Counted from the first letter of the stretch, positions 30,877-41,733 are shown. The stretch is 64,000 bases of DNA from Chitinophagales bacterium (GCA_038323375.1 JBBQGV010000015.1:974-64973); one strand, 5' to 3'. The notes: generated from the sequence alone by a model not told the origin. A program made the numbers and translations.

Positions 30877-32721
30877 TTAAGTCAGCAAATACCCAAACTC
30901 CTGCAAACGGCGTTTCACAGCCGCATAATTCCCTTTGGGGATAATGACCATAAAGCCCTCTGCTTTGATGATCAATGGCTTAAGAACAGGGTCTTGCGCC
31001 ACTAACTGGATCAGAGCCTTGTTGTCGGGCGGTATTTGCAGTACTTTGGGTTCATCTACCTGCTCGAAGGGGTTGATCTTATGGATCATATCCTGAAAGA
31101 AGGCTTGCCAGTTGGGCGGCAGTTTTTCGCCGATGATTTGTTTGAACAGGGCAATTTTGCCTTCCAATTCCTTTTTCGACCGAATATTTTTGAGAAAAAT
31201 CTGGCTGTCGGTGCGAAACCGGTTGGCACCAAGCCGTTCGGTGTAAGGCTCCAGAATCGCAGCGGCAGAGGCATCGGAAGCATCGGTCATGATGAGCAGG
31301 GTATCGGGAGAAAGTATAATATGGGTATCGGAGGCGATGCCGGAACTGTCGTAAACCTTGGTGATCCCACAAACAAAATCACCGAGTTTGGTGCGCCGCA
31401 CGTAGCGCAACCCATCCCAGGAGGAGTAGCAATCGCGCCCCATGGTTTCCAGGCCAGGATGGTCGTAGGCAATGTCGCACAGGCCAAATGCTGCGAAGAG
31501 GAAAAAAGAACCGCGCAGGAAGGGAATATCAACCGCCAGGCCAATCTGAGCGGACGTAATAAAGTGCTTGTTATTATAGAAATTTACCTCCGGATCCGTC
31601 CGGTCTAAATATTCATAGTAGAGCTTGTTGGTAATGTAGTAATTCGCCATAGGCCGAATGTCAATCAGGTTGAACCGCACGAAGTGGCGGATATTCTCAA
31701 AAGGAACCCATTCGCCAGCAGGCAGTGCCGCCAGTAGGTTGCGTATTTCAAGCTCTTTATGTTTTGTCACATCGTAGTTTTCCACAGTGGCCATACCTTT
31801 GAGATCGGGTAGTACGAGTGGCGCAGAAGGGATCAATGTGGGGTATTTTTTTTCAAACAAATCCTGAATCATTTGCGGGGTGTCGGCTGCATTTTTCGTG
31901 CTATTGCCATAAACGGCAAAACCCGCCAACAAGGCCGTACGCAGGGTACGCATCTTTTTATCCGCAGCATCGGGGAAGAACTCCTGAAGGCTAAGGCTGC
32001 GGTTCATTTTGGGCAAACTGATATGTGTCGGGCGGTTTTTGGCGGTATATCCTATCTGCCCCTGTTGCTTGTATGACAGTACCCGGGGCCATTCGAGCAG
32101 AATATCGCGTTCACCGGTGGTATAGGTATGTTGAGTAGGTTCGGGGGCGGCTATCGGGCTTAGTTTTGCGTAGTCGGGCAGGTCATAATAGCCGGCCAGC
32201 AATTGGCGCAAGGCAGGCGGCAGGCCGAGATTGAGCTTAACAGGAGTCGCGTAATAATAACCATAGCTGTGGTTCATCCGTTCGTCATAAAGCAAGTTAA
32301 ATTGGGGCAGTATGATTTTCTTTTCTTCTATTCTGTCGTAATAGGTTTTATGGCGCTCTAGTGAATAAACTTTCACACCAAATCGCTTTTCGATCTCTAC
32401 ATCGTCCAATTGTTCTTCCCAAATCATTGTTTGCCATACTTTTTCAACGTCTTCTGGCAAAAACCGCAGAAAGGCCTCGTAAATTTTTCTTGAACCGAAT
32501 GGCAATGCACAAATCTTCGTCATTGGTTCTTTCGGAAGGGTTTTCGCGTTCGTCGCTAATTTTAGCAATTCTGCATCAGCCCCTTCAGCAATGAGCATAT
32601 CGGCGTACTTCGCTATGAATTTTTTAGCTAACCCCCAATACCGCGAAGTCAGATCATCTTTGGTGAAACTTCCCCCAAGGATAGCGACTACTGATGTTAA
32701 TTGCTTTGTAAATGCGTTCAT
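30877..32721 (-). CDS. hypothetical protein translationally coupled to the SNF2 helicase
   Basis: 614-aa ORF. Its start overlaps the SNF2 stop by 4 nt (ATGA). No family recognised and no SWIM CxCxnCxH motif seen. Confidence 0.6.
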   Translation of the reverse strand: MNAFTKQLTSVVAILGGSFTKDDLTSRYWGLAKKFIAKYADMLIAEGADAELLKLATNAKTLPKEPMTKICALPFGSRKIYEAFLRFLPEDVEKVWQTMIWEEQLDDVEIEKRFGVKVYSLERHKTYYDRIEEKKIILPQFNLLYDERMNHSYGYYYATPVKLNLGLPPALRQLLAGYYDLPDYAKLSPIAAPEPTQHTYTTGERDILLEWPRVLSYKQQGQIGYTAKNRPTHISLPKMNRSLSLQEFFPDAADKKMRTLRTALLAGFAVYGNSTKNAADTPQMIQDLFEKKYPTLIPSAPLVLPDLKGMATVENYDVTKHKELEIRNLLAALPAGEWVPFENIRHFVRFNLIDIRPMANYYITNKLYYEYLDRTDPEVNFYNNKHFITSAQIGLAVDIPFLRGSFFLFAAFGLCDIAYDHPGLETMGRDCYSSWDGLRYVRRTKLGDFVCGITKVYDSSGIASDTHIILSPDTLLIMTDASDASAAAILEPYTERLGANRFRTDSQIFLKNIRSKKELEGKIALFKQIIGEKLPPNWQAFFQDMIHKINPFEQVDEPKVLQIPPDNKALIQLVAQDPVLKPLIIKAEGFMVIIPKGNYAAVKRRLQEFGYLLT

Positions 32722-35700
32722 TTTCCGAGCAACAATTTAATGTCATCCTCTGAAAGCGCTTTCAAAGAAGCGCCATCAGCGGAAATGATGTTATCGAAGA
32801 GTTCTTTTTTGAGTTGTTGCAACTGCAGTATTTTTTCCTCGATACTGCCCTGTGCTATGAGCTTGTAAGCCAGCACTTTGTTTGTTTGGCCAATGCGGTG
32901 CGCCCGGTCTATGGCCTGATTTTCAGCAGCCACATTCCACCAGGGGTCATAAATAAAAATGGTGTCGGCAGCGGTGAGGTTAAGCCCTACCCCACCGGTT
33001 TTCAACGTCATTAAAAATACGCGGCAGTCGGGGTCGTTCTGGAAGCGATTGACGAGCGATTCGCGGTCGCGGGTAGCACCCGTCATGGACACATAGCCCA
33101 CCCCGGCATCATCCAAACGCGAAGAGATGCTCTCTATGGCCGCCAGGAAATTGACAAAAATAAGCGCTTTGTGCCCATTGGCAAGCGCGTCCATGAGTTG
33201 TTCTTCCAGCAGTTCCAGCTTGGCGCTCTCCACGCGGCCTTCGGTAAGCGCTTCCGGCACCGTGGCTATTTGTCGCAATTCGCTCAATGCCTGAAACACA
33301 AAAAACTGGGCACCTGCCACGCCTTTTTCTTTGATCTGCGTGTTGACCGCTTCTGCAAAGTACTGCCGGCGTTGCTCGTAGAGGCGTTTTTGCGCTTCGC
33401 CCATTTCCACATAAAGGGTTTGCTCTATTTTGTCGGGCAGGTCGGCCAACACGTCCCTTTTGAGGCGGCGCAGCACGAAGGGGTATATTTTGCGCCGCAG
33501 TTGGAGCGTGGCTGCTTTGTCGTTATGCTTTTGGATGGGCACAAGGTAGTCCTCATTGAACTGAGCAGCCGAGCCGAACATCGCAGGGTTGAGGAAGTGA
33601 AACAGCGCGTACAACTCACCGAGGTTGTTTTCAATGGGCGTGCCGCTGAGCGCTAACCTATATTTTCCGCGCAACAACAGCGCCGCTTTGGTGGTTTGGG
33701 TGGTCAGGTTTTTGATGTTCTGCGATTCGTCGAGGATGACGTAGTAAAACGGCTCCTCTTTGAGTTTTTCAATCTCGTTGCGCATGGTGGCGTACGTAGT
33801 AAACACGAGGTTGGAGCTGCGCATGGCCTCGTATTCCCGACTCAATCCGTAAAAAGTATACGTGCTGAGTTGTGGGGCAAACCGCTTCACCTCGCGCTCC
33901 CAGTTGAAAAGCAGACTGCGGGGCATCACGATGAGCGTAGGCGTTTTTTCTTTGGGATAAATGGTGGCCAGCAAAGCAATGGCTTGCAACGTTTTACCAA
34001 GCCCCATATCATCGGCTAAGCAGCCGCCGAGTTGTTGCTCGTGCAGGTAACTCAGCCATTTGAATCCCTGTTCCTGATAGGGACGGAGTTTGGCGTCTAA
34101 TTTTGGCAGTTTGGCCTTTTGGGCGCTGAGTCCGTTGAATCCCTCAAAAATATTGCGCGAACGCTCAAATACCTTGTCTTTGGCGGCCTCCTCCAAAAGT
34201 TCGTCCATGAGCGGCAAATCGAAAAAAGAGAGCTGTGCTTTTTTCCCCTTTTTTTTGAATAGCCGTTCTAAGCGCCGGACGTAAGCTTCATTAAGCAGGG
34301 CATGGGTGCCGTCATTGAGTTGAATGTAGCGGTTTTTGTTGTATTGAGCTAAGGCATCGAACAGGCTGATTTTTTCGCCCTCGAAATCCAATTCCACGCT
34401 GCCCTCGAAAAAGTCAATGGAGTGACTGAGGTTGAGCTGGAGTTTGGGCGAACGGGTATTAATCTTGTAAGACCGCAATTTTTCTGCGCCGAACACGGTG
34501 TAAGTCGCCAGCAGATTCGGCAATTCGGAATAAATAAAAGCGGCAGCAGTTTCTTCAGGAACGACGAAGAGGCTGCCGTCAAGCATGATCTCATCGCGGT
34601 CGTTTTTCCGCTTTTTAGGTTCGTGCTTGCGCAGCAAATGCAGGATATTGCCTGCGAGTACCTCGGTTGGTGCCTGATCTATGTACTTCACCGTGACCGT
34701 GAGCGCCATGTCGTTGATTTCGGCATAGCGGTAGAGGTCAAATTGCTCTAATGCGTTAAAATCTAAGTCGGCCAGGCTTTGGCCTACGCGCAGGTAGAGG
34801 GCATTGTCATCGCCTATTTTTTCAAAAATCAGACAAGGAGCCGCCTTGATTTTATCGTCGGGGCGCGACACAAGTTGGTAGCCCTGATACAAAAGGTCGA
34901 GGTTTTCGAGGTAAGAAAAAACCAACGCGAGAAACAAAGGCAGGTCGCGGCGCGCTACTTCCGTATTAAACCAGGAAATAGCTGCAAAATTACTGCCCGT
35001 TGGTGCCACTTCTATGAGTTGGTTGGCCGCTATAACAAACTGCTCGGTCACTACCCTGAAATCGTCCAGTTGATTTGCATTGTGTTGTAAGGACAGGCGC
35101 GAACGAAGAAACCCTTCGCGGTCGGAAGCCGTGAGATGCAGACGCAATTGGCCGGGCAAGTCCGAAAATTCCAGCGGTTTCAAAGCGGCATCCACCACAT
35201 TATCGCAATGACGCAGGGCTTCCAACAGGAATGGATGCTGTGCCAAATAGGTCTTGTCTGCCGGGTGTTCCCAGTTGATGACGAAGCTGTTCTTTTCCTG
35301 AATTTGCTCCAACACGCGCAGCACGTTCCGCACGGCACCACCATAATTGAGGTAGCTGGTTTCCACGGTGCGGCCTTTTGCATTCACCACCAGGAGAAAA
35401 GCACCAAACTCATCAAAATTGATCTGAAAAAACACCTCAGCATAAGCGCGCGACGTTTTTTGCTGAAAGGTGGTGCGCTTAAACCGCTCAAAAGAAAATG
35501 GCTGGCGATCCGAAACAACCGGAGGTGTTGCAGCAGGCATCGGGCTATCCGAACTGGCTGATCTCGCTACGGTCGTTTTTTTCTTTTCAGGCTTAACATC
35601 CGCAGCTTTTATTACACCACCGGGTTTTCTGCCCCGCTGCTTGAATAATGGCGCAGGTAATATCATTATGTCTCCTTTTTCAGCCAGCTCAATATCTGTC

Positions 35701-35933
35701 AGAAAAAGGTTCATTTCATCAAAATCATACCCATCCCGAAGACTCGCCCGGACAAAAGTCGTCGGCATTTTTTCCAGGGTTTCGAAATTCCATTTTATCG
35801 TGACAAGCGTTTCTTCTCCGGGCATTTCATCAATACGCGTGATGTAGCCCTGCCATCCGCTTAGGTCGTATTTCTCCATATCAGGGTCTTTAACGCCTGA
35901 TTTTATCCTGACAAAATCGTTAATTTTAAACAT
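32718..35933 (-). CDS. SNF2/Rad54-family helicase with a large N-terminal extension
   Basis: 1071-aa ORF. Motif I LADDMGLGKTLQ, motif II ILDESQNIKN, motif III LSGTPIENNLGELYALFHFLNP, motifs V/VI LKTGGVGLNLTAADTIFIYDPWWN...QAIDRAHRIGQ. Confidence 0.9.
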   Translation of the reverse strand: MFKINDFVRIKSGVKDPDMEKYDLSGWQGYITRIDEMPGEETLVTIKWNFETLEKMPTTFVRASLRDGYDFDEMNLFLTDIELAEKGDIMILPAPLFKQRGRKPGGVIKAADVKPEKKKTTVARSASSDSPMPAATPPVVSDRQPFSFERFKRTTFQQKTSRAYAEVFFQINFDEFGAFLLVVNAKGRTVETSYLNYGGAVRNVLRVLEQIQEKNSFVINWEHPADKTYLAQHPFLLEALRHCDNVVDAALKPLEFSDLPGQLRLHLTASDREGFLRSRLSLQHNANQLDDFRVVTEQFVIAANQLIEVAPTGSNFAAISWFNTEVARRDLPLFLALVFSYLENLDLLYQGYQLVSRPDDKIKAAPCLIFEKIGDDNALYLRVGQSLADLDFNALEQFDLYRYAEINDMALTVTVKYIDQAPTEVLAGNILHLLRKHEPKKRKNDRDEIMLDGSLFVVPEETAAAFIYSELPNLLATYTVFGAEKLRSYKINTRSPKLQLNLSHSIDFFEGSVELDFEGEKISLFDALAQYNKNRYIQLNDGTHALLNEAYVRRLERLFKKKGKKAQLSFFDLPLMDELLEEAAKDKVFERSRNIFEGFNGLSAQKAKLPKLDAKLRPYQEQGFKWLSYLHEQQLGGCLADDMGLGKTLQAIALLATIYPKEKTPTLIVMPRSLLFNWEREVKRFAPQLSTYTFYGLSREYEAMRSSNLVFTTYATMRNEIEKLKEEPFYYVILDESQNIKNLTTQTTKAALLLRGKYRLALSGTPIENNLGELYALFHFLNPAMFGSAAQFNEDYLVPIQKHNDKAATLQLRRKIYPFVLRRLKRDVLADLPDKIEQTLYVEMGEAQKRLYEQRRQYFAEAVNTQIKEKGVAGAQFFVFQALSELRQIATVPEALTEGRVESAKLELLEEQLMDALANGHKALIFVNFLAAIESISSRLDDAGVGYVSMTGATRDRESLVNRFQNDPDCRVFLMTLKTGGVGLNLTAADTIFIYDPWWNVAAENQAIDRAHRIGQTNKVLAYKLIAQGSIEEKILQLQQLKKELFDNIISADGASLKALSEDDIKLLLGK

Positions 35934-36650
35934 TGCTGGCTGGTTTCATGATGGCAAACCTAAGCAAGATGACAGATATTTTTCGGATTTTTTAAACCAA
36001 ATCCTCCAGCGGCAACACCTTTTCCACCAATCCACCTCTCCAACTCCAACAACTCCTGCTTATATTCAAATAATACGGCACATTTTCCGCCACCACAATG
36101 TCGGGGGGAGGTAGTGGATTAGCATCGAAGGCATCTTAATAATTTTATAACTTTGCTAAAAATATCCCGATTACCTTACATCAAGCAGCCATGAATACGC
36201 AGGTTTTAAAGTATCAACTGAAGTCATTAGAAAAGCTTCCGGTCAAGATTTGGGACGACTCTAAGGAAGCTTCGGTGCATCTTGCGCGCTCCATTGCCTT
36301 AGCCGTTCGGCAAAAACAACAAGATGGTGAAAAGATCATGCTTGACATAGGAGCGTGTCGTAAATAACTTACCTGTTTGACCACATTGACATCCAGCGGA
36401 AAAACATCCACATTCCAAGCGGCGTCATTCCGATGGATCAGGTCGAAGCTTATTGCAAAAACTATGAAAAACTGGTCTAGGAGCACGGCGGAATTGACAT
36501 CCAATTGCTGGGCATTAGGCGCACCGGGCATATCGGCTTCAACGGGCCGGGCAACTACAAATTCCGGGATTACCTGACCGTGGGCACGCCCCTGAATATC
36601 CTGGTTTGGCTGCTGGCGATGTTTTTGCTGCCGAAGGTGTTTCCGTTTTA
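35930..36650. pseudogene. mosaic scar of duplicated fragments: SNF2-upstream spacer + nagB-upstream region + decayed nagB 5' CDS + solo MITE-A end + last 32 codons of an SLC13 paralogue
   Basis: By eye, 35930-36030 matches 41320-41350 plus 41536-41607. 36040-36350 matches 46822-47120. 36351-36375 is a MITE-A terminus. 36376-36553 matches 47288-47465. 36553-36650 matches 30765-30863. Stop codons and deletions are present throughout. Confidence 0.7.
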
Positions 36651-36759
36651 AAATTCCATCAAAAATTCACCCCAATTCGCCCCTTTCCTCCCCTGATTCA
36701 TCCGTTTCCATTGGTGATCGCCTTCATGGACGCCTACTTTTGTAAGAAAAAAGAACGTC

Positions 36760-39160
36760 ATGAGTAAAAAATTATGCTTATTAGGCTTATTCGTATTAGG
36801 AATGTATGGAAGTATCCGGAGTCAGAGTGCCATCAGTGGCCGGGTTATTGACCAGCAGGGAGCTGCTGTGGACTTCGCCAATATTCTATTACTGAATTCA
36901 AAAGACTCTTCTTTGATAAAAGGAGAATTGAGTGATGAAAATGGCCAATGGACTATGCAGATTCCTTTCACCGGAACGTTTATCCTGCGCGTAACGATGC
37001 TGGGATATAGCGATTACGATTACCCGCCATTTACCATCAGGAAAACTGAAGAAGCCATGCAGTTGCCGGAAGCGCGGCTGCAATCCAGTTCCATTCAGCT
37101 TGCGGCTGTAGAAATAACGGCGCGCAAACCTTTCCTCGAACAACGCGCAGGCAAGCTGGTCGTCAATGTAGACCAAAGCATTACCGGACAAGGTGGCACG
37201 TTGGTAGATGTGCTGATGAAAGCGCCGGGGCTGGTGGTCATGAATGGCAAATTGAAAATAGGCAGGCCGTTCGGGTGTTACGATCCTGATAGATGGCAAA
37301 CCGACGCGGTATATGGACATTGAAGCCCTGCTCCGCGAAATGCCAGCAGACAACATCGAACGCATAGAAATCATACACCAGCCTGACGCCAGTTACGATG
37401 CGGACGGCACCGGAGGCGTCATCAACGTCATCCTGAAGAAAAATGTCCTGCTGGGCACTAATGGCAGCTTCTTGCTGGCGGGTGGTATGGGCAAACTTCC
37501 CAAATACCGCACGGCTATGGCGATCAACCACGGTGCCGGCCCCTGGAAAATGTCCTTCAACGGCGGTTATATGTATCGTTCCAATTATGAAGAATTGCAC
37601 CTCAACCGCATTGTGGGCGATTCAGAATTTGACCAAAGCAATTTTAAACCTTCCACCCCCTACACGGGCTATTTCCGATCCAATATTGACTGGAACCCGT
37701 CGAAACGCCATGTTTTTGGATTATCGCTCGGCTATACCGCCACCACGAACAACCGCCTGCACACCAATACGACAGCCATCGGATTTACAGGGTCAACCCC
37801 CTATATTGAATTGGAAACAAAAAACCAGCTCAACAAAAAAACCAATCAGTACATCACGGGCGGCAACTACACGTTCCTAATTGATACCAGCGGGCAAAAA
37901 TTAGAAGCAGACCTGAGTTGGATCGGGTTTAACCGACAGGGGTCGAGCCTTGCCAACACGGCAGTTACCATGGGTGAAAATGTTCCTTATCCATCCTGGC
38001 GAAATGAGGAGCCTTCCTTAACCAATATCACGGTGGCAAGAGTGGATTATACCCGCCCCATCACAGAAGCCATCAAGGTGCAGGCAGGCGTAAAATACAG
38101 CTATGCAGGTATTGACAACAACCTAAAATCGTGGAATGAAAACAGCGGCGAATGGATGAGAAATCCACAGCAAACCAACCATTTCTTGTACACGGAACAT
38201 ACCGGAGCAGCGTACCTGAATGCCAGTTATGTTCATAAAAACTGGGAAGCCAATGTGGGGCTGCGTTATGAAGACAATTACGCAAAAGGGCGTTCACTGA
38301 CGCTGGATTCTACCAAAACCCGGCACTTGCAGCAACTGTTCCCAAGCTTCAGTCTGGCCGCTCCCATGGGCAAACACTTCGGATTGTCGGCTTCCTACAG
38401 CTACCGGATTGAGCGCCCCAACTATCAGACCCTGAATCCATTTATCTACTATTACGATCCGTATACTTTTGAAAAAGGCAATACCGACCTGCTTCCCGAA
38501 CTGACGCACTCTGGTAAACTGACACTGACTTACGACAAACACCCGTTCATCGCCCTGGAATATTCGCACACCAAAGACATCATTACGCTGGTGACTGAGC
38601 AGGACGACGCAACTGGCGCAGCGTATGCCGCTACCGTGAACCTGGATTACCTGCAACGCTACGGCGGTAGTGTGTTTTTCCCGATGGAATTTGCGAAGGG
38701 CCTCTCCGGATACGGCAGTTTGATGTTGTTTTACAACCGCTATTCGTCGGATTACCTCGGCGGCAATTTCGACCGCGATGTGCTGTCGTTCTCCGCTTAC
38801 CTCCAGGTAGCTTACAAAATCGGCAGCGGCTGGTCGGCAGAACTCTCCGGCTGGTATCAGGGCGAAGGCATAGAAGGCATTATGAATTACAAGCCATTTT
38901 ATTCGGCAAGCATGGGCATCCAAAAGAAACTGCTGGACAACCGCGCCAATGTGCGGCTCTCTTATGACGCCTTCGCTTTCCGCAACTGGCGGGGAACGCT
39001 CGAATACCAGAATATGGACATGGAAGTGACCTCCATCTGGGAAACCCGCGTAGTGCAGGCCACGTTTACCTGGCAGTTTGGAAGCCGTTTTCTGAGCAAA
39101 GACCGCCAGCGCGCCAACAGTAGTGCAGAAGAAACATCCAGAGCAGGCCGAAAAGATTAA
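36760..39160 (+). pseudogene. TonB-dependent-receptor-like outer-membrane beta-barrel protein (CarboxypepD_reg + OMP_b-brl_3 type), frameshifted
   Basis: ORFs 36760-37323 and 37313-39160 are in different frames. The expected GVTILIDGKPTRYMDIE continuation is readable in the second frame from about 37275. Confidence 0.7.
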
Positions 39161-39322
39161 TATTCCGAATACAGTCGCATCATCTACAGGGGTTGTGTAA
39201 GAGGAGGCTGACTCATAAGGCAAGTTGCCACTTATGAGACCCCTTCTTTACACAACCACCTGCTCCTTGTTTTTGGCTCACCCTGAAAGCTTTTTTTATC
39301 TTTTTCTGAAAGTTTCAAAGGA

Positions 39323-40400
39323 TTGCTTATGTTAGTGTCCGCATTTTCACCGGAAAACATCATTCGGATGCTTAGTTTGAGGGAATTGTTCAGGTTTGGT
39401 TTGCGACAGCCTTCGCGCAGCGACTGGTTTGTCACGTTAGCCTATTGGATAGGTGCCTCGCCTTTTATCCTGAGCAGTTATCTTGGTGACAGCCCTTTCT
39501 TACAGGCCATCGGTGGGATGGTGTTTACCATTCTTTTCGATACTACGTCCGTATTTATCCTGGTCTTCGGCATTTTTGCCACGTACATTCCAAGGCGACA
39601 ATACTTAGCTTTATTGGTGGCTACTGTTGCGCTGTTTGCCGTCAATTCATTAGTTTACAATTACGGCTACGGCATCATTTTTGGGTGGGAATACCGGTCG
39701 CCAAGTTTCGAGTTATTGCTTTGGGGGGTGCTGCGGCATGCCCAGAGTTACGGCATCCTGGCAGCCATCATGATCGGAAAGCAGTTTTTCGACATCCAGA
39801 AGCAGTTTTTTGAGTTGGAAAAAGAGAAGCGCGAGAATGAACTAAAAATGCTCAAGTCGCAGATTGACCCGCATTTTTTTGTTCAACAACCTCAATATCC
39901 TGGATGTCCTGATCGAACGCGATCCGGCGGCAGCCCGGGTTTATCTCAACCACCTGGCTTCCCTTTACCGCTACCTCATCCGGCACAAAGACGAAGAAGT
40001 AGTGTCGCTGTACGACGAGTAGGCTTTCGCTAAAGACTATATTTACTTGTTGCAACAACGCTTTGGAGACGCCTTCAAGTTTGATCTTCAGGGCAATGCC
40101 GCTGATATGCAGACCTTTTTTATTCCGCCCGGCGCCATGCAAACGGTTATTGAAAACGTCGTCAAACACAATGAGGGCGACGATCATCAGCCCATCATGG
40201 TGTCTATTTTGTTGGAAAATGACGCAATTCTGGTGCGCAATACACTGCGACCAAAATTGGAAAGCGCCGAAAGCAATGGTACAGGCTTAGCCAACCTGCA
40301 GGCGCGTTATCGTTTATTAGTTGATCAAACCCCCGATATCCGGCGCGACAACGGCGAATTCGCTGTGCGTTTGCCGCTGATCCGGGGCGTAAAAGCCTGA
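39323..40400 (+). pseudogene. LytS/YehU-type sensor histidine kinase, inactivated by a T7 homopolymer frameshift and an in-frame TAG
   Basis: A multi-TM N-terminus is followed by LKSQIDPHF. After the T run at 39874-39880 the expected LFNNLNILDVLIE reads in the +1 frame. A TAG at 40020-40022 then precedes the HATPase part (ORF 40047-40400). Confidence 0.7.
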
Positions 40401-40405
40401 ACCGT

Positions 40406-41176
40406 ATGCGCGTATTTATCCTGGAGGATGAAGCGCTTGCCGCACAACGACTGATGGAATTCATCCGGATTGCACATCCGGATGCCCAGATTGTGGGGTG
40501 GGAAAAAACAATCCGGCAGGGCATGTTATGGCTGCAACAAAATGAGGAACCCGACCTCCTGTTTTCCGACATTGAACTGCTGGACGGCAATGTATTCCGA
40601 CTCTATGAGGCGCACCGTGTCAATTGTCCCGTCATTTTCACCACCGCTTACGACCAGTTTCTCCTTCAGGCTTTTCAAGTCAACGGCATTGCTTACCTGC
40701 TAAAGCCTTACGATCTGGAACAGTTCAAACAGGCCATTGCTAAATACAACCGCTTATTTGGCACTCCCACAGCGCCGGTGCTGACAGAAGCGGTGCTGGC
40801 ACAACTGAAGCAGGCTTTCCAGCCCGCGTTTGCACAATACAAGCAGCGCTTCACCGTGCGCATGGGCGGCGGCATTTATCTCCTGAATACCGAAGACATT
40901 CAATGCTTTACTGCTGAGGACAAATTGGTGCTGGCCTGCACCGCCGAAGGCAAACGCTACCCGCTCAACCAAACAATTGCTGAATTAGAAGGTATGCTTG
41001 ACCCGCGTCGTTTTTTTAAAATCAACCGCGGCGACATCGTCAACATCATAGCCATTCGGAAAATTGAACCCCATTTTAACGACCGGCTGGCAGTTACAGT
41101 GGTGGGGATTCCAAGTTTTTTGGTAACGAGCGCAGCACGCACGTCGGAGTTTCGGAAGTGGCTGGAGGAGGGTTAG
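40406..41176 (+). CDS. LytR/AlgR-family response regulator (receiver + LytTR DNA-binding domain)
   Basis: 256-aa ORF. Receiver (ILEDE...LLFSDIELLDG...KP) and LytTR (FFKINRGDIVNI). Confidence 0.9.
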   Translation: MRVFILEDEALAAQRLMEFIRIAHPDAQIVGWEKTIRQGMLWLQQNEEPDLLFSDIELLDGNVFRLYEAHRVNCPVIFTTAYDQFLLQAFQVNGIAYLLKPYDLEQFKQAIAKYNRLFGTPTAPVLTEAVLAQLKQAFQPAFAQYKQRFTVRMGGGIYLLNTEDIQCFTAEDKLVLACTAEGKRYPLNQTIAELEGMLDPRRFFKINRGDIVNIIAIRKIEPHFNDRLAVTVVGIPSFLVTSAARTSEFRKWLEEG

Positions 41177-41233
41177 TGGTTGTGTAAAAAGACCTGGCAC
41201 TTATCTATTAGTATGGCAGACAAGTCTTGCATC

Positions 41234-41323
41234 TTATTCCCTCCTAAACTCGTTATCGCATTTTCCCGTATCTGGATCTTCAACCCCGGGTTTCACCTTG
41301 ACAAGGTCGTTTATTTTAAACAT
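41234..41323 (-). pseudogene. remnant of the first about 18 codons of an SNF2-helicase paralogue
   Basis: It translates to MFKINDLVKVKPGVEDPD..., compared with MFKINDFVRIKSGVKDPD at the start of 32718-35933. The upstream spacer is also duplicated. Confidence 0.6.
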
Positions 41324-41355
41324 TGCTGGCTGGTTTCATGATGGGCAAACCTAAG

Positions 41356-41535
41356 AAGCGTGTCGTGAATAACTTACCGGTTTGCGCGGTGGCTTTTTCC
41401 ATCATGCAGCGTTGATCGTCGGTCGCGTAGCTTAGGCTATACTCCCTTCTCGCGCCTTGCCTGATGAAAAAATCTGACATGCTGAGCCTGTCGAAGCACC
41501 TCGCCCAATTCACGCAACTTATTTACGACACGCTC
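41356..41535. mobile_element. MITE-A (180 bp), 20-bp imperfect TIRs, 5-bp TSD CTAAG
   Basis: Left end AAGCGTGTCGTGAATAACTT. Reverse complement of the right end GAGCGTGTCGTAAATAAGTT. CTAAG occurs at 41351-41355 and 41536-41540. The uninterrupted paralogous site at 35957-35963 reads AACCTAAGCAAG. Confidence 0.75.
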
Positions 41536-41733
41536 CTAAGCAAGATGACGGATATTTTTCGGAATTTTTAAAACAAATCCTCCAGCGTCAACACCTTTTC
41601 CACCAACCCGAGGCTGTGCAGGTTGTGTTTCAAGCCAAAAGTGGTCACCATCGTCAACATCAGGTGTTTTCGGGTTTGGGTGACCCTGTGAAAAACCCAC
41701 ATTTTGTTTCGTGAAGTTATTGGTGGCGGAATA

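Noticed and set aside
38294-39223. 309-aa minus-strand ORF
   Set aside because: It is antisense to the beta-barrel portion of the TonB-type receptor pseudogene and has no domain signature.
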